This document shows positions 39,363-52,136 of a DNA stretch of 64,000 nt, piece by piece (within the stretch, counting starts at the first letter, position 1; every line of letters begins with the position of its first letter). The stretch is from positions 2,157 to 66,156 of the forward strand of contig NZ_CALMYY010000030.1 of NCBI RefSeq assembly GCF_937873725.1, given 5' to 3'. Origin of the DNA: an uncultured Dietzia sp. Its GTDB lineage: Bacteria > Actinomycetota > Actinomycetes > Mycobacteriales > Mycobacteriaceae. The position numbers were made by a program, and so were the translations under genes. Under the pieces are notes generated by a model. The model had not been told where the DNA came from. It made no database searches and saw nothing but the letters and a program-made list of their open reading frames with translations.

Positions 39363-41276
39363 ATGACCGATCGACGCACCCCGGGGAACGGCCCCCGGGT
39401 CCCCTCGGGGGCTCCCGGCGGTGGGCGATCGGGTCAGGGCCGTCCGCCCACCCGGTCCGGCAGGATCCGGACGGTCGGGGGGACCGACCGGCGGTTCACC
39501 TGGATGCGGTCCGCGTTCGCCGTGATCCTCGTGATCGCGCTGACCAAGCTCCTCTGGGTGCAGACCATCGGCGGAACCGAGCTCGCCGCCCGCGCCGAGA
39601 GCCAGCGACAGGTCCAGCAGGTCCTGCCCGCGGCGCGCGGATCCATCGTCGACGTCCACGGCGATCCGATCGCGTTCACCCGCGAGGCGCGGGACCTGTC
39701 CATCCAGCCACTGGTCGAGCGGCGCAACGCGGAGGCGCGGAGGGATCTGGACAGCAGGAAGCCCACCTGGGACGAGCTGGTCGACCAGATCGCCGACGAG
39801 TTCGTCGCCGTGCTCGGCGACGCGGTGGTTCGCGAGGAGGTGGAGGCCAAGCTGAGGTCCGAGGGAGGCTTCACCTATCTCGTCCGCAACGTCGACGTCA
39901 CCCAGGCCAACGCGATCACGAGGAAGTTCCCCATGATCGGCGCGGAGCGGGTGGACATCCGTGAGTACCCGGGGGGAGCGCTGGCGGCCAACGTGGTCGG
40001 GGCGACCTCCAAGAGCGACGACGGCAAGCTCATCGGACTCCAGGGCGTCGAGGCGTTCTTCAACGACCAGCTCGACGGCGAGGACGGGCGTCAGACCTTC
40101 GACAGGGCCCAGGACAACACCGTCATCCCGGGCACGCTGCGGGGCGTGTCCGCCCCGCGCGACGGTGACACGATCCGGCTCACCCTCGACGCGGACCTGC
40201 AGTGGCACGTGCAGAAGGCGGTGCAGTCCGCCAAGGACTCCTCGGGCGCGCAGGCCGCCTCCGCGGTGGTACTCGACGCGGCCACCGGCGAGATCCGCGC
40301 GATGGCCAACGACAACACCTTCAACCCGGCGGTGGGCGTCGGCGCCGAGCTCGAACGCGGGGCGGACCTCGGCAACCCGGCGATCACCTCGCCGTTCGAG
40401 CCGGGATCGGTGCAGAAGATCATCACCGCGGCGGCGGCGATCGAGGCCGGGCTGACCGACCCGCACGAGGTCCACTCGGTGGACGGCAGCATAACCATGG
40501 ACGGGGTCACCGTCTCGGACGCCTGGCAGCACGGGCCGACCCCGTACACCACCACCGGCATCTTCGGGAAGTCCTCCAACGTGGGCACCCTCATGCTGGC
40601 GCAGCGCGTGGGCAGGGAGTCCTTCTCCGACTACCTGGAGAGGTTCGGCCTCGGGCAACGCACGGGGGTCGAACTCGCGGGTGAGTCCGACGGACTGGTG
40701 CCCGATCTGCAGAACTGGCAGGGCGGGTCCTTCGCCAACCTCCCGATCGGCCAGGGCCTGTCCATGACCACGCTGCAGATGGCGGGCGTGTACCAGACCA
40801 TCGCCAACGACGGTGTCCGCGTCCCCCCGCGGATCATCGCCGAGCGCGTGGGTCCGGACGGCGAGTCCCACCCGGCCGAGCGGCCGGAGGGCCAGCGCGT
40901 GGTGAGCGAGGAGACCGCCCGGACGGTCCGCGACATGTTCCGCGCCGTCACCCAGTCCGGACCGGGCGCGCAGTCGGGAACGGGTCCGCAGGCCGCGATC
41001 GCCGGGTACCAGATCAGCGGCAAGACCGGTACGGCCCAGCAGATCGACCCGGGGTGCTCCTGCTACTCCAACTCCCGCTACTGGATCACCTTCGCCGGCA
41101 TCCTGCCCGCCGACGACCCCCGCTACGTCATCGCGATCATGCTGGACGCCCCGTCCCGCGGGGTGCTCGGTGCGTCCGCCGCGCCGCTCTTCCACGACAT
41201 CGCCTCGTGGTTGATCAACCGCGACAACATCCCGCCGTCCGCCCCCGCCCCGGACCTCGTCCTGCAGGCGCAGTGA
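39363..41276 (+). CDS. ftsI: penicillin-binding protein 3 (peptidoglycan D,D-transpeptidase FtsI)
   Basis: 637 aa. SxxK (SVQK), SxN (SSN) and KTG (GKTGTA) motifs. N-terminal TM. Confidence 0.93.
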   Translation: MTDRRTPGNGPRVPSGAPGGGRSGQGRPPTRSGRIRTVGGTDRRFTWMRSAFAVILVIALTKLLWVQTIGGTELAARAESQRQVQQVLPAARGSIVDVHGDPIAFTREARDLSIQPLVERRNAEARRDLDSRKPTWDELVDQIADEFVAVLGDAVVREEVEAKLRSEGGFTYLVRNVDVTQANAITRKFPMIGAERVDIREYPGGALAANVVGATSKSDDGKLIGLQGVEAFFNDQLDGEDGRQTFDRAQDNTVIPGTLRGVSAPRDGDTIRLTLDADLQWHVQKAVQSAKDSSGAQAASAVVLDAATGEIRAMANDNTFNPAVGVGAELERGADLGNPAITSPFEPGSVQKIITAAAAIEAGLTDPHEVHSVDGSITMDGVTVSDAWQHGPTPYTTTGIFGKSSNVGTLMLAQRVGRESFSDYLERFGLGQRTGVELAGESDGLVPDLQNWQGGSFANLPIGQGLSMTTLQMAGVYQTIANDGVRVPPRIIAERVGPDGESHPAERPEGQRVVSEETARTVRDMFRAVTQSGPGAQSGTGPQAAIAGYQISGKTGTAQQIDPGCSCYSNSRYWITFAGILPADDPRYVIAIMLDAPSRGVLGASAAPLFHDIASWLINRDNIPPSAPAPDLVLQAQ

Positions 41277-41351
41277 CGGGCGCCGCGCAGGGTAGCGTGT
41301 AGCGGGTTCACGGGAGGTCACGGACAAGGAGAGGCGGGTCGAGGGCAGGTC

Positions 41352-42911
41352 ATGACCACGGCAGCACAGCGGGCGGCCACGGTGCGGGCCTCGGTCCTCG
41401 GCCACGGCGACGGATCCGACGTCGAGGTGACCGCCGCGACCATCCGCGCCCAGGACGCCGGGCCCGGAACGCTCTTCGCCGCGCTCCCCGGGACCCGCGT
41501 CCACGGCGCCTCGTTCGCCTCCGCCGCGCTCGACGCGGGGGCGTCGGCGGTGCTCACCGACGCCGCGGGCCTGGAGTTGATGGGGTCCGCCGCCGAGCGG
41601 GTCCCCGTGCTCGTCCACCCCGATCCCCGCTCGATTCTCGGCGCGGTGTCCGCGGTCGTCGCGGGCGACCCGTCCGCGGACCTCGACGTGGTGGGGATCA
41701 CCGGGACCTCGGGCAAGACCACCACCTCGTACCTGGTCGAGGCCGCGCTCGAGGGCTGCGGCCACGTGGCCGGGCTGATCGGGACCACGGGAAGCCGCGT
41801 CGCGGGGCGACCGCTGGCCAGCCGGCTCACCACCCCGGAGGCCCCCGACTTCCAGGCGCTGCTGGCGGTCATGCGGTCCGAGGGGGCCCGCGCGGTGGCC
41901 GCCGAGGTCTCCAGCCACGCCCTCCGGCTGGGGCGCGTGGACGGCACCCGCTTCGCCGTGGCCGCCTTCCTCAACCTCTCCCAGGACCACCTGGACTTCC
42001 ACCCGAGCATGGAGGACTACTTCCGGGCCAAGTGCAGGCTCTTCGACGCCGCGGCGGACCCGGGTTCGGCCGTCCGTCCCGCGGACCGGGCGGTCGTCGT
42101 GGTGGACGACGAGTGGGGCCGCAGGCTCGTGGGCATGCGACCGGACGCCGTGACGGTCTCCGCCGACCCGCAGGGGCGGGCGCAGTGGACCGCGGGGGAG
42201 TCCACGACGACCGAGCAGGGCACCCAGACCTTCACCGCGCGTGGTCCCCGGGGCCTGCGGGTCGACGTGGAACTGCCGCTCCTCGGTCGGTTCAACGTGG
42301 CCAACTCGCTGGTCGCGCTGGCGGTCGTCGACGCCCTCGGCGCGGACGTCCGCGCCGCCGCCGCCGGTCTCGGGAACGCCCGGGTGCCGGGCCGGCTGGA
42401 ACCGGTGGAGCGCGGCCAGGATTTCCGGGTCCTCGTGGACTACGCCCACAAGCCCGGGGCGGTCGAGGCGGTCCTGCGGTCGGTCCGCGCGCAGGCCGCG
42501 GGGCGTGTCGCGGTGGTCCTCGGCGCCGGCGGGGACAGGGACCCGGGCAAGCGGGCACCGATGGGGGCCGCCGCGGCCGAGGTCGCCGACCTCGTGGTGG
42601 TGACCGACGACAACCCGCGCAGCGAGGACCCCGCCGAGATCCGCGCCGCGGTCCGCGCGGGTGCCGAGGCCGCGGCGGGGGACCGGGCGCGGGTCGTGGA
42701 GATCGCGGACCGTGGCGCGGCGATCGCCGCCGCCGTCGACTGGGCGCGCTCCGGCGACGTCGTGCTGATCGCGGGCAAGGGACACGAGACCGGCCAGGAG
42801 GTGGCCGGTACCGTGGCCCCCTTCGACGACCGGGTCCGCGCGGCCGAAGAACTCACCAGACGCCTGGGCGGCTCCGCCTCGCCGGGCGGGACGGAGGACA
42901 GCACCTCATGA
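41352..42911 (+). CDS. murE: UDP-N-acetylmuramoyl-L-alanyl-D-glutamate--2,6-diaminopimelate ligase
   Basis: 519 aa. Mur-ligase P-loop [11 protein letters not shown]. dcw order. Confidence 0.95.
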   Translation: MTTAAQRAATVRASVLGHGDGSDVEVTAATIRAQDAGPGTLFAALPGTRVHGASFASAALDAGASAVLTDAAGLELMGSAAERVPVLVHPDPRSILGAVSAVVAGDPSADLDVVGITGTSGKTTTSYLVEAALEGCGHVAGLIGTTGSRVAGRPLASRLTTPEAPDFQALLAVMRSEGARAVAAEVSSHALRLGRVDGTRFAVAAFLNLSQDHLDFHPSMEDYFRAKCRLFDAAADPGSAVRPADRAVVVVDDEWGRRLVGMRPDAVTVSADPQGRAQWTAGESTTTEQGTQTFTARGPRGLRVDVELPLLGRFNVANSLVALAVVDALGADVRAAAAGLGNARVPGRLEPVERGQDFRVLVDYAHKPGAVEAVLRSVRAQAAGRVAVVLGAGGDRDPGKRAPMGAAAAEVADLVVVTDDNPRSEDPAEIRAAVRAGAEAAAGDRARVVEIADRGAAIAAAVDWARSGDVVLIAGKGHETGQEVAGTVAPFDDRVRAAEELTRRLGGSASPGGTEDSTS

Positions 42912-44413
42912 TCGACCTCACCCTCGGCCAGATCGCCGGGATCGTCGGCGGTCGGTTGGTCGGAGGCGATCCGGCCACGCCCGTGACCGGGTCCGTCGAG
43001 TTCGACTCCAGACGGCTCCGGCCCGGCGGCCTGTTCCTGGCGCTGCCCGGCGAGCGCGTCGACGGACACGACTTCGTCGCCCGCGCCCTGGCCGCGGGAG
43101 CGGCCGCCGCCGTGGTGGCCCGCGAGGTGGACGGGGTGTCCGGCGCTCAGATCGTGGTGCCGCCCGTCGACCGGCGCGAGACCAACGCCATGGCGCTGGC
43201 CGCCGACTCCGACGGGTCCGGCGCGGCCGTCCTCGTCGCGCTCGGCCTCCTCGCCCGCGCGAGCGTGGACCGGCTCGTCGCCGAGCACGGGCTCGTCGTG
43301 GTGGGGGTGACGGGGTCGTCCGGCAAGACCAGCACCAAGGACCTCATCGGGGCGGTCCTGTCCGCGGCGGGCACGGTCGTCGCCCCTCCCGGGTCGTTCA
43401 ACAACGAGATCGGGCACCCGTGGACCGCGCTGCGGGCCGACGAGACCACCGACTTCCTCGTCCTGGAACTCAGCGCCCGGGCGCCCGGCAACATCGCCGA
43501 ACTCGCGCGGATCGCGCCGCCGAGGATCGGGGTGGTGCTCAACGTGGGCACCGCGCACCTGGGCGAGTTCGGCTCCCGCGACGTGATCGCCGCGACCAAG
43601 GGCGAGCTGGTCGAGGCCCTGCCCCCGGCCGCGGACGGCGGGGTCGCCGTCCTCAACGCCGACGACGACCGCGTGCTGGCCATGGCCCGTCGAACCGTCG
43701 CCGAGGTGGTGACGGTGGGAATGAGCCGGTCCGCGGACATCCGGGCGGAGGACGTGACGCTGGACGGCGAGGTGCGCGCCTCCTTCCGGCTGGTCACGCC
43801 GTCGGGTGACGCCCACGTGGCGCTGCGGGTCCACGGCGAGCACCAGGTGGGCAACGCGCTCTCGGCCGCCGCCGTGGGGCTGGCCTGCGGGATGGAGCCG
43901 GGCGCCGTCGCCGCCGCGCTGGGTACCGCCGAGGCCGCCTCGGCGCGGCGGATGGACGTGCGGGTGACCGCCGACGGCGTCACCGTGATCAACGACTCCT
44001 ACAACGCCAACCCCGACTCCATGCGGGCGGCGCTCAAGTCCCTGGCGGTCATGGCGCGGACGCCCGGGGGCCACCGTCGGACCTGGGCGGTGCTGGGCGA
44101 GATGGCCGAGCTCGGGGACGACTCGGTCACCGAGCACGACCTCCTGGGACGATTCCTCGTCAGGCTCGACGTGTCGCAGCTGGTGGTGGTCGGACGGGGT
44201 CGGCCGCAACGCGCGCTGTTCCAGGGCGCGATCCAGGAGGGCTCGTGGGGATCGGAGGCCGAGCACGTCGAGACCCCGGAGGAGGCGATGGACATCCTCG
44301 CCGAGCGTGTGGAACCCGGGGACGTGGTCCTGGTCAAGGCGTCGTCCGCCGTCGGTTTGTGGAGCGTCGCCGAGCAGCTGCTGGCGACGCGTGGTGAGGA
44401 GAAGTCCGAATGA
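42908..44413 (+). CDS. murF: UDP-N-acetylmuramoyl-tripeptide--D-alanyl-D-alanine ligase
   Basis: ATGA overlap with mur[13 protein letters not shown]. 501 aa. Confidence 0.93.
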   Translation: MIDLTLGQIAGIVGGRLVGGDPATPVTGSVEFDSRRLRPGGLFLALPGERVDGHDFVARALAAGAAAAVVAREVDGVSGAQIVVPPVDRRETNAMALAADSDGSGAAVLVALGLLARASVDRLVAEHGLVVVGVTGSSGKTSTKDLIGAVLSAAGTVVAPPGSFNNEIGHPWTALRADETTDFLVLELSARAPGNIAELARIAPPRIGVVLNVGTAHLGEFGSRDVIAATKGELVEALPPAADGGVAVLNADDDRVLAMARRTVAEVVTVGMSRSADIRAEDVTLDGEVRASFRLVTPSGDAHVALRVHGEHQVGNALSAAAVGLACGMEPGAVAAALGTAEAASARRMDVRVTADGVTVINDSYNANPDSMRAALKSLAVMARTPGGHRRTWAVLGEMAELGDDSVTEHDLLGRFLVRLDVSQLVVVGRGRPQRALFQGAIQEGSWGSEAEHVETPEEAMDILAERVEPGDVVLVKASSAVGLWSVAEQLLATRGEEKSE

Positions 44414-45504
44414 CCCAGATCATGGTCGCAGGCATCGTGGCCTTTGTCGTGAGCATCTTCCTCACACCCCTGCTCATCATCTACTTCCGTCGGCGCGGGT
44501 TCGGGCAGGAGATCCGGCTCGAGGGGCCGCAGTCCCACATGAGCAAGCGGGGCACGCCCAACATGGGCGGCATCGCGATCCTCGCCGCCGTCTGGCTCGG
44601 ATACATCGTGGCGGGGGGGATCGGCCAGCTCACCGTCGGCGGCGGCGGGTTCACCGCGTCCGGGCTGCTCATCCTGGGCCTGGCCACCGCGCTGGCCGTG
44701 GTGGGGTTCGTCGACGACGGACTCAAGGTGTTCAAGCGCCAGAACAAGGGCCTGGGCATCCTGTCCAAGACCATCGGCCAGGTGGTCGCCGCCATCGCGT
44801 TCGGCATCCTCGCGCTGCAGTTCCGCAACCCGGACGGGCTCACCCCGGCCAGCCGGTCGCTGAGCTACGTGCGGGACTTCGTCGCCGTGACCTTCCCCGT
44901 CGTCGTCTTCCTCGTGTTCATCGTCATCCTGGTCTACGGCTGGTCCAACGCGGTCAACTTCACCGACGGACTCGACGGGCTGGCCGCCGGGTCGATGGCC
45001 ATGGTCATGGGCACCTACGTGGTGTTCAGCTTCTGGCAGTTCCGGTACTCGTGCTTCTCCACCGCCGAGGGGGTGGACCTGTCGGGGTGCTACCAGGTGC
45101 GGGATCCGCTCGACATCGCCGTGGTGTGTTCGGCCGCCCTCGGGGCCTGCCTGGGCTTCCTGTGGTGGAACGCCGCCCCGGCCAAGATCTTCATGGGCGA
45201 CACGGGATCGATGTTCCTGGGCGGCATCGTCGCCGGCGTCTCCGTGGTCTCCCGGACCGAGCTGCTCATGGTGGTCGTCGGCGCGGTCTTCGTGATCGAG
45301 TTCGTCTCCGTCCTCATCCAGGTGGCGGCGTACCGCACCACCGGCCTTCGCCCGTTCCGGATGACGCCCATCCACCACCACTTCGAGAACGGCGGCTGGG
45401 CCGAGACCACCGTCACCGCCCGGTTCTGGCTGCTGGTGGCCATCTCCTGCGGCCTGGCCATCGCGCTGTTCTACGGCGACTGGCTCGCGAGCTCGACGGG
45501 ATGA
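44410..45504 (+). CDS. mraY: phospho-N-acetylmuramoyl-pentapeptide transferase
   Basis: 364-aa polytopic membrane protein. ATGA overlap with murF. dcw order. Confidence 0.95.
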   Translation: MTQIMVAGIVAFVVSIFLTPLLIIYFRRRGFGQEIRLEGPQSHMSKRGTPNMGGIAILAAVWLGYIVAGGIGQLTVGGGGFTASGLLILGLATALAVVGFVDDGLKVFKRQNKGLGILSKTIGQVVAAIAFGILALQFRNPDGLTPASRSLSYVRDFVAVTFPVVVFLVFIVILVYGWSNAVNFTDGLDGLAAGSMAMVMGTYVVFSFWQFRYSCFSTAEGVDLSGCYQVRDPLDIAVVCSAALGACLGFLWWNAAPAKIFMGDTGSMFLGGIVAGVSVVSRTELLMVVVGAVFVIEFVSVLIQVAAYRTTGLRPFRMTPIHHHFENGGWAETTVTARFWLLVAISCGLAIALFYGDWLASSTG

Positions 45505-47039
45505 CCGACGTGACTGACGTGACCCGGTCGACCGACGTGACCCAGCCGACCCATGTGACCGCGGCAGGCGGGCAGGGCCCCGACGTCCGGGCGCTCGCCG
45601 GGCTGCGGGTGCTGGTGCTCGGTGCCGGCGTCTCCGGTCCCGGCGCCGTGCGCATCCTCCACGCGCTGGGTGCCGAGCCGATCCTGGCCGACTCGCGCCC
45701 CGAGGCCATCGCGCGCCTGCGCGACGGCCTGCCCCACGGGGTGGGGTGTGAGGGGATCGACCTGGAGCGCGCGGCCGCCCTGCTCGGCCGGACCGGCGCC
45801 CGCGGCGGCGTGGACCTGGTCGTGACCAGCCCCGGATGGCGTCCGGACTCCCCCCTGCTGGTGGCCGCCGCCACCGCCGGCGTCGCGGTGTGGGGCGACG
45901 TCGAGCTGGCGTGGCGCGCCGACGCCGCCGAGCTGTTCGGGCCGCGCCGCACCTGGCTGGCGGTGACCGGCACCAACGGCAAGACCACCACCACCTCGAT
46001 GCTCGAGGCGATGTGCCTGGAGGCCGGGATGGCCGCGCGCGCGTGCGGCAACATCGGCCTGCCGATCACCGACGTCCTGCTGGCCGAGCCGCGGGTGGAC
46101 GTCCTGGCGGCCGAGCTGTCGAGCTTCCAGCTGCACTGGGCGCCGAGCTGCCGCCCCGACGTGGGCGTGGTCCTCAACGTCGCCGAGGACCACCTGGACT
46201 GGCACGGGTCGATGGAGGCCTACGCCGCGGCCAAGGCGCAGGTGCTCACGGGCAGGGTCGCCGTGGCCGGCGCCGAGGACCGGATCGCCGCGCGACTCCT
46301 CGCCGCCGCGCCCGCCGCCACGCGGATCGGGGTGCGGCTCGGGGCGCCGCGGGCGGGGGAGTACGGCGGGATCGACGGCGTGCGCGCCGCGCGGATCGGG
46401 GACGGGGAGGGGGACGACGACGAGGTGGCGCTGCTGCCCGCCGCGGACGTCCGCCCGCCCGGGCCCGCCGGCATCCTCGACGCGCTCTCCGCCGCGGCCG
46501 TGGCGATGTCCGTGGGGGCGCGGCCCGAGCACGTGGCCGCCGCCCTCCGGGGCTTCACCGTGGCCGCCCACCGGGCCGAGCTCGTGGACACCGTCGACGG
46601 TGTCCGGTTCGTGGACGACTCCAAGGCGACCAACCCGCACGCCGCCCGCACCTCGCTGCTCGCGGGAGGGCGGATGGTGTGGATCGCCGGCGGCCTGCTC
46701 AAGGGGGCGGACGTGGGACCCCTGGTGGCGGAGGTCGCCGGGGTCCTGCGCGGCGTGGTGCTCATCGGCCGCGATCGCGGGCGGATCGCCGAGGCATTGG
46801 CCCGACACGCCCCCACGGTGCGCGTCGTGGAGTTGGCCTCGGGAGACGATGACGGGGCCGCGGGTCCTGACGAGCCGCAGCAGACGATGGACCGGGCGGT
46901 CGCCGAGGCCGCACGGATGGCCACCGGAGGCGACACCGTGTTGCTCGCCCCCGCCGCCGCGTCGATGGACATGTTCACCGATTACGGCCACCGCGGGCGC
47001 AGCTTCGTCCTCGCCGTGGGCCGTGTGGCCGGGAGGTAA
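45501..47039 (+). CDS. murD: UDP-N-acetylmuramoylalanine--D-glutamate ligase
   Basis: ATGA overlap with mraY. Motifs [10 protein letters not shown] and [11 protein letters not shown]. There is an unusual about 30-aa N-terminal extension with DVT repeats. Confidence 0.9.
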   Translation: MTDVTDVTRSTDVTQPTHVTAAGGQGPDVRALAGLRVLVLGAGVSGPGAVRILHALGAEPILADSRPEAIARLRDGLPHGVGCEGIDLERAAALLGRTGARGGVDLVVTSPGWRPDSPLLVAAATAGVAVWGDVELAWRADAAELFGPRRTWLAVTGTNGKTTTTSMLEAMCLEAGMAARACGNIGLPITDVLLAEPRVDVLAAELSSFQLHWAPSCRPDVGVVLNVAEDHLDWHGSMEAYAAAKAQVLTGRVAVAGAEDRIAARLLAAAPAATRIGVRLGAPRAGEYGGIDGVRAARIGDGEGDDDEVALLPAADVRPPGPAGILDALSAAAVAMSVGARPEHVAAALRGFTVAAHRAELVDTVDGVRFVDDSKATNPHAARTSLLAGGRMVWIAGGLLKGADVGPLVAEVAGVLRGVVLIGRDRGRIAEALARHAPTVRVVELASGDDDGAAGPDEPQQTMDRAVAEAARMATGGDTVLLAPAAASMDMFTDYGHRGRSFVLAVGRVAGR

Positions 47040-47043
47040 GGGC

Positions 47044-48693
47044 ATGGCACAGGAAGACACCCCTCGCGGGGGAGGGCGCCCCGCGCCCGAGGCCGCGACC
47101 ACCGCCGACCCCGGGTCCCGACCGGACCTGTTGGGGCGGATCGCCGCGCCGCTCGCCGCCGTCAACCGGGCTCCGCTGACCTCCTACCACGTCGTGATGG
47201 TGGTCACCTGCCTGCTCACCGTCATCGGCCTGGGCATGGTGCTGTCGAGCTCCAACGTCCTCGCGTTCTCCGGGGGCGGGACGCCGTTCGACATCTTCCT
47301 CCGCCAGACGCTGTTCGTGCTGATCGGCTGGGTGGGGTTCCTCGTGGCCCTCCGGACCCGGATCGAGCTGGTGCGCAAGGCGGCGTTCCCGCTGCTGCTC
47401 GTGGCCATCGTGCTGCTCGTCGCCGTCCTCATCCCGGGAGTCGGGATGGAGGTCAACGGCTCGCGCGGGTGGATCGATCTCAAGCTCTTCGCGATCCAGC
47501 CCGCCGAGATCGCCAAGTTCGCGTTCATCATCTGGGCGTCCTCGGTGGTGGCCAAGCGGATGCGGACCGGCTACTGGCTCGACCTGCTCTTCCCCGCGGT
47601 GGTGGGGTACGGCGTGATCGCGGCCCTCGTCGTCGCCGCCCCGGACCTGGGGATGGCCACCGCGGTGACCATCGCGTTCGTGTGCCTGCTGTGGTTCGCC
47701 GGCTACCCGGCCCGCCACTTCCTCCTGGTCATCGCGCTGGGCGTCGTGGTCTTCGCGGTGTCCGCGGTGGCCTTCGCCTACCGCTTCGAGCGTATCCGGA
47801 CGTTCCTCGACACCTTCGTGGGCGACTTCTCCAACCCCCAGGGATCGGCGTACCAGTCCTACCAGGGGATGTTGTCGCTCGCCGACGGCGGTCTGTTCGG
47901 GGTGGGGCTGGGCCAGTCCAGCGCCAAGTGGTTCTACCTGCCCGAGGCGACCAACGACTTCATCTTCGCGATCATCGGCGAGGAACTCGGCTGGTTCGGT
48001 GCCGCCGTGGTGGTCTCGCTGTATCTCGCCCTGGGCTGGGCGGGGATGCGGATCGCGTTGCGCTCGGTCGACCCGTTCCGTCGCCTGCTGGCCGGGACCG
48101 TCACCGCCTCGATCGTCCTCCAGGCCTTCATCAACATCGGCTACGTGGTGGGCCTGCTGCCCGTCACGGGTCTGCAGCTGCCCCTGATCTCCAACGGCGG
48201 CACCTCCGCGGTGGTCACCCTGACCTCCCTCGGGCTGCTCGCCAACTGCGCCCGGCACGAGCCCGAGGCGATCTCGGCGATCCTCAGCTCGCCCGCCCGA
48301 CACCGTCGCCGGTGGTACTCCCTGCCGGAACCGCGCCCGTACCGCCCCGGTCGACCCGTCCCCGCGTCGGACACCCCCGGCCGGTCGAGCGCCGGAACCC
48401 GACGCTACGGCGAGCCCGTCACCCGGCAGCCCGCCGCGCGTCCCGCGCGGGCGCCCCGCCAGGCGCGGGGCGCGTCGCCGGCCCCGGCCTACGAGTCGAT
48501 TCCGATCCCGGGCGCTGCCGCCCGCGACCGCCGCGGTGCCACCGCGGTCACCGGACGCACCGCCCGCACCGTCCGCGGGCGCGAGGCGGAGGACCGGCAG
48601 CGGAGGAGCCCCGCGGCCCCGCCCGACTCCGGGACGCGGCAGGCGCCCGGTGCCGGCCGGCCCAGCCCGATCCATCGGAGCCGGGAGCGATGA
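47044..48693 (+). CDS. ftsW: SEDS-family peptidoglycan glycosyltransferase FtsW
   Basis: 549 aa from ATG 47044. A 10-TM SEDS core is followed by about 150 aa of R/P-rich tail. Confidence 0.92.
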   Translation: MAQEDTPRGGGRPAPEAATTADPGSRPDLLGRIAAPLAAVNRAPLTSYHVVMVVTCLLTVIGLGMVLSSSNVLAFSGGGTPFDIFLRQTLFVLIGWVGFLVALRTRIELVRKAAFPLLLVAIVLLVAVLIPGVGMEVNGSRGWIDLKLFAIQPAEIAKFAFIIWASSVVAKRMRTGYWLDLLFPAVVGYGVIAALVVAAPDLGMATAVTIAFVCLLWFAGYPARHFLLVIALGVVVFAVSAVAFAYRFERIRTFLDTFVGDFSNPQGSAYQSYQGMLSLADGGLFGVGLGQSSAKWFYLPEATNDFIFAIIGEELGWFGAAVVVSLYLALGWAGMRIALRSVDPFRRLLAGTVTASIVLQAFINIGYVVGLLPVTGLQLPLISNGGTSAVVTLTSLGLLANCARHEPEAISAILSSPARHRRRWYSLPEPRPYRPGRPVPASDTPGRSSAGTRRYGEPVTRQPAARPARAPRQARGASPAPAYESIPIPGAAARDRRGATAVTGRTARTVRGREAEDRQRRSPAAPPDSGTRQAPGAGRPSPIHRSRER

Positions 48694-49808
48694 GTGCCCC
48701 GCGGACCGAGGGGCTCTCGGTGGTGGTCGTGGGCGGCGGGACCGCCGGCCACATCGAGCCGGCGCTCGCGGTGGGGGAGGCGGTCATGGACCTCGACCCG
48801 ACCGCCCGGGTCACCGCGGTGGGCACCCCCAGGGGCCTGGAGACGGAGCTGGTGCCGCGCCGGGGGTTCCCCCTCGAGCTGGTCGACCCGGTGCCGATGC
48901 CCCGCCGCGTCGGCGGCGACCTCGTCAGGCTCCCCGTCCGGCTGATCCGGGCGGTCCGCGGGGCCCGGGACGTGCTGCGCCGGACCGGCGCCGACGTCGT
49001 GGTGGGCTTCGGCGGGTACGCCTGCGTCCCCGTGTACCTGGCGGCGGCCGCGACCAGGGGCAGGGTCCCGATCGTGGTCCACGAGGCCAACGCCCGGGCG
49101 GGGATCGCCAACAGGCTCGGCGCCAGGTTCGCGGTGGCGACCCTGGCCGCGGTCAGCGATTCCGGCCTGGACGCCCGGGTGGTGGGCAACCCGGTCAAGC
49201 GCCCGGCGGCCACCCCCGACCGGGCCGGACTGCGCGCGGAGGCCCGGGCGTTCTTCGGCCTGGACCCCTCCGCGCCCACCGTGCTGGTCGTGGGCGGCTC
49301 CCAGGGGGCGAGGTCCCTCAACGCGGCGATGGCCGGGGTCGCCGAGGAGTTCTCCCGCGCCGGTGTGGGGGTGCTGCACGCGGTGGGCCCGAAGAACGTG
49401 GCGGACGCCCCGCGCGTCCCCGGCGGCGGCGCCGCGTACGTCGCCGTCCCGTACCTCGACCGCATGGACCTGGCGTACGCGGCCGCCGACCTGATCCTGT
49501 GCCGCTCGGGGGCGATCACCGTGGCCGAGGTGTCCGCGGTCGGGCTGCCCGCGGTCTTCGTCCCGCTCCCGCACGGCAACGGCGAGCAGGCGCTCAACGC
49601 CCGCGACCTCGTGGCGGGCGGGGCCGCGATGCTCGTCGACGACGCCGAGCTCACCCCGGGCTTCCTCCGGTCCGAGGTCCTGCCGCTGGCGCTCGACCCG
49701 GACCGCCTCCACACCATGTCCGCCGCCGCGGTCCGCGGCGGCTCCCGAGATGCGGCGGAGGTCGTGGCGCGGATCGCGCTCGACGCCGCCGGAAAGGCCC
49801 GGAGTTGA
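48690..49808 (+). CDS. murG: undecaprenyldiphospho-muramoylpentapeptide beta-N-acetylglucosaminyltransferase
   Basis: ATGA overlap with ftsW. GGGTAGH motif. 372 aa. Confidence 0.93.
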   Translation: MSAPRTEGLSVVVVGGGTAGHIEPALAVGEAVMDLDPTARVTAVGTPRGLETELVPRRGFPLELVDPVPMPRRVGGDLVRLPVRLIRAVRGARDVLRRTGADVVVGFGGYACVPVYLAAAATRGRVPIVVHEANARAGIANRLGARFAVATLAAVSDSGLDARVVGNPVKRPAATPDRAGLRAEARAFFGLDPSAPTVLVVGGSQGARSLNAAMAGVAEEFSRAGVGVLHAVGPKNVADAPRVPGGGAAYVAVPYLDRMDLAYAAADLILCRSGAITVAEVSAVGLPAVFVPLPHGNGEQALNARDLVAGGAAMLVDDAELTPGFLRSEVLPLALDPDRLHTMSAAAVRGGSRDAAEVVARIALDAAGKARS

Positions 49809-51298
49809 CCCACAGCACCACCCCAGGAGAGCCGGCGGCGGGGGATTCGGTCCCCGAGACCCTGGCCCGGGTCCACATGATCGGGATCGGGGGCGCCGGG
49901 ATGTCCGCGGTCGCCCGGATCCTCCTCGACCACGGCGTGGCGGTCTCGGGCAGCGACGCCCGCGACTCCGCCGAGCTGCGCGCCCTCGAGGATCGGGGGG
50001 CGGTCGTCCGGGTGGGCCACGACGCCGCGGCCCTGGACCTCCTCGGGGCCGCCCCGGAGATCGTGGTGGTCTCCAAGGCCGCGATCCCCGCGGACAACCC
50101 GGAGCTGATCGCGGCGCGGGCCGCGGGGATCCCCGTGGTCACGCGCTCGCAGGTCCTCGGCCACCTCGCCCGCTCGGGTCGCTCGATCATGGTGTGCGGG
50201 ACGCACGGCAAGACCTCCACCACGTCGATGCTCATCGCCGGGATGCTCGCGGCCGGTGCGGACCCGTCCTTCGCCGTGGGCGGGACCGTCCTGCAGTTCG
50301 GCACCAATGCGCGCGGTGGCGCCGACCCGGTGTTCGTGGCCGAGGCGGACGAGTCCGACGGCTCGCTGGTGCACTACCGGCCCGACGTGGTGATCCTCAC
50401 CAACGCCGAACCGGACCACCTGGACCACTTCGGCACCGCCGAGGCCTACTTCGAGGTGTTCGACTCCTTCCTCGCCCGCATCCCGGACACCGGCGTGCTG
50501 GTGGTGTGCCTGGACGACGAGGGGGCGGTCGAGCGCGCCCGTCGCGCCGCGGCCGGGGGTGTCCGGGTGGTCGGGTACCGCACGGCGGACGGTCCGGGGA
50601 CGGACCTGCCGGTGGCGGGCGAGCTCTCCGGGATCGTCGTCGACTCCGCCGGGACGCGCGCCCGCCTCACGCTCGACAGCGCACCGCACGGGGAGCTGCA
50701 CGTGGGCACCCCGGGCGAGCACATGGCGCTCAACGCCCTCGCCGCGCTCCTGGCGGCCCGCGAGGTCGGGGCGGACGCCGGGTTCGACGTCGACGGGTTC
50801 CTCCGCGGGCTGTCGGGCTTCGGGGGGGTCGGCCGTCGTTTCGAGCCCAAGGGGTCCCTCGAGGTGGCCGGCGGACGGGTCCGGGTGTACGACGACTACG
50901 CCCACCACCCCACCGAGGTCGCGGCCGTGCTTGGCGCGGGCCGGGAGATCGTCGACGCCGAGGGCGGCCGGCTGGTGGCCGTCTTCCAGCCCCACCTGTA
51001 CTCGCGCACCCGGATCTTCGCCGAGGAGTTCGGCCGGGCCCTGTCGGCGGCCGACGAGGTCGTGGTGGTCGACGTCTACGGCGCGCGCGAGCAGCCCGAA
51101 CCGGGTGTCGACGGGGGGACGGTGGCCCGCCACGTGACCTCCCCGGTGCACCACGTCCCCGATCTCGACGGCGCCCTGGAGACGGTGTGGGCCATCGCCC
51201 GACCCGGGGACGTGCTCTTCACCCTCGGCGCGGGCGACATCACCACGCTGGGCCCGAGGATCGTGGCCGGGCCGGCGGGGACCGGGACGGATTCGTGA
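49805..51298 (+). CDS. murC: UDP-N-acetylmuramate--L-alanine ligase
   Basis: Motifs [12 protein letters not shown] and [14 protein letters not shown] 49805 (TTGA overlap with murG) is preferred as start; ATG 49877 is an alternative. Confidence 0.9.
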   Translation: MTHSTTPGEPAAGDSVPETLARVHMIGIGGAGMSAVARILLDHGVAVSGSDARDSAELRALEDRGAVVRVGHDAAALDLLGAAPEIVVVSKAAIPADNPELIAARAAGIPVVTRSQVLGHLARSGRSIMVCGTHGKTSTTSMLIAGMLAAGADPSFAVGGTVLQFGTNARGGADPVFVAEADESDGSLVHYRPDVVILTNAEPDHLDHFGTAEAYFEVFDSFLARIPDTGVLVVCLDDEGAVERARRAAAGGVRVVGYRTADGPGTDLPVAGELSGIVVDSAGTRARLTLDSAPHGELHVGTPGEHMALNALAALLAAREVGADAGFDVDGFLRGLSGFGGVGRRFEPKGSLEVAGGRVRVYDDYAHHPTEVAAVLGAGREIVDAEGGRLVAVFQPHLYSRTRIFAEEFGRALSAADEVVVVDVYGAREQPEPGVDGGTVARHVTSPVHHVPDLDGALETVWAIARPGDVLFTLGAGDITTLGPRIVAGPAGTGTDS

Positions 51299-51311
51299 GG
51301 GGGGCCGGGCA

Positions 51312-52136
51312 GTGACGGACGCGTCGCCCGACCGTCCGGGGGCCGAGGCGGACCCGGCGACGACGGACGATCCGGACCGGAGGATCGCGGCCGCCACGGT
51401 CCGCCGCTCCGACGAGCGGGTGCGGCACTCCGACCCGTCGGTCCGCGCGACCCTGCGCCGGCGGCGACGCCGTACCAACCGCATCTACGCCGGGCTGGGG
51501 GCGGCGCTGCTCGTCCTGCTCGTCGGGTACGTCGCGCTGTACTTCCTGCCGGTCTTCTCCGTGCGGACCGTGCAGGTGGACGGGGTCCGGACCATCCCGG
51601 TCGAGGCGGTGACCGAGCGCGCGGCGGTCGCGCCCGGGACGCCGCTGCTGCAGGTGGACACCCACGCGGTGGCCCGGCGGGTCGCGGGGATCCCGCGGGT
51701 GGACGAGGTGACCGTCACGCGCGACTACCCGTCGGGCCTGAGGATCGAGCTGATCGAGCGGACCGCCCTGGTGGTGGTCGAGGTCGACGGCGCCCAGCAC
51801 CTGGTGGACGGCCAGGGCATCGACTTCGGGCAGGGGGAGCCTCCCCCGGGGACGCCGACCCTGACCGTCGGGCAGGACGCGCGCGCGGACCTGCCCGGGA
51901 TCGTGCGGGACCTGGCGACGGTCTTCGCCGAGGTGCGGGTCACGGCGGGGCAGGAGATCGCCGCGGTGGCGGTGCCGACCCCGGCGTCGATCGTGCTCAC
52001 GCTGGCGGACGGACGGATCATCGAGTGGGGTGCCGCCGGACGGGACCACGAGAAGGCCGTCGCGCTTCAGATGGTCCTCGAGCAGCCCGGTCAGACCTGG
52101 AACGTGTCCAATCCCGCACTGCCCGCGTCGCGGTAG
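51312..52136 (+). CDS. ftsQ: cell division protein FtsQ
   Basis: A basic N-terminus and one TM are followed by a POTRA-like segment (FSVRTVQVDGVRTIPVEAV...). GTG start. Confidence 0.88.
   Translation: MTDASPDRPGAEADPATTDDPDRRIAAATVRRSDERVRHSDPSVRATLRRRRRRTNRIYAGLGAALLVLLVGYVALYFLPVFSVRTVQVDGVRTIPVEAVTERAAVAPGTPLLQVDTHAVARRVAGIPRVDEVTVTRDYPSGLRIELIERTALVVVEVDGAQHLVDGQGIDFGQGEPPPGTPTLTVGQDARADLPGIVRDLATVFAEVRVTAGQEIAAVAVPTPASIVLTLADGRIIEWGAAGRDHEKAVALQMVLEQPGQTWNVSNPALPASR

Noticed and set aside
39027-42785. 1252-aa ORF on the minus strand spanning ftsI-murE
   Set aside because: It is antisense to genes with unmistakable PBP (SxxK/SxN/KTG) and Mur-ligase (GxxGKT) motifs. Its translation is R/G/P/D/V-rich low complexity with no recognisable domain. 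Long stop-free antisense frames are expected at this GC content.
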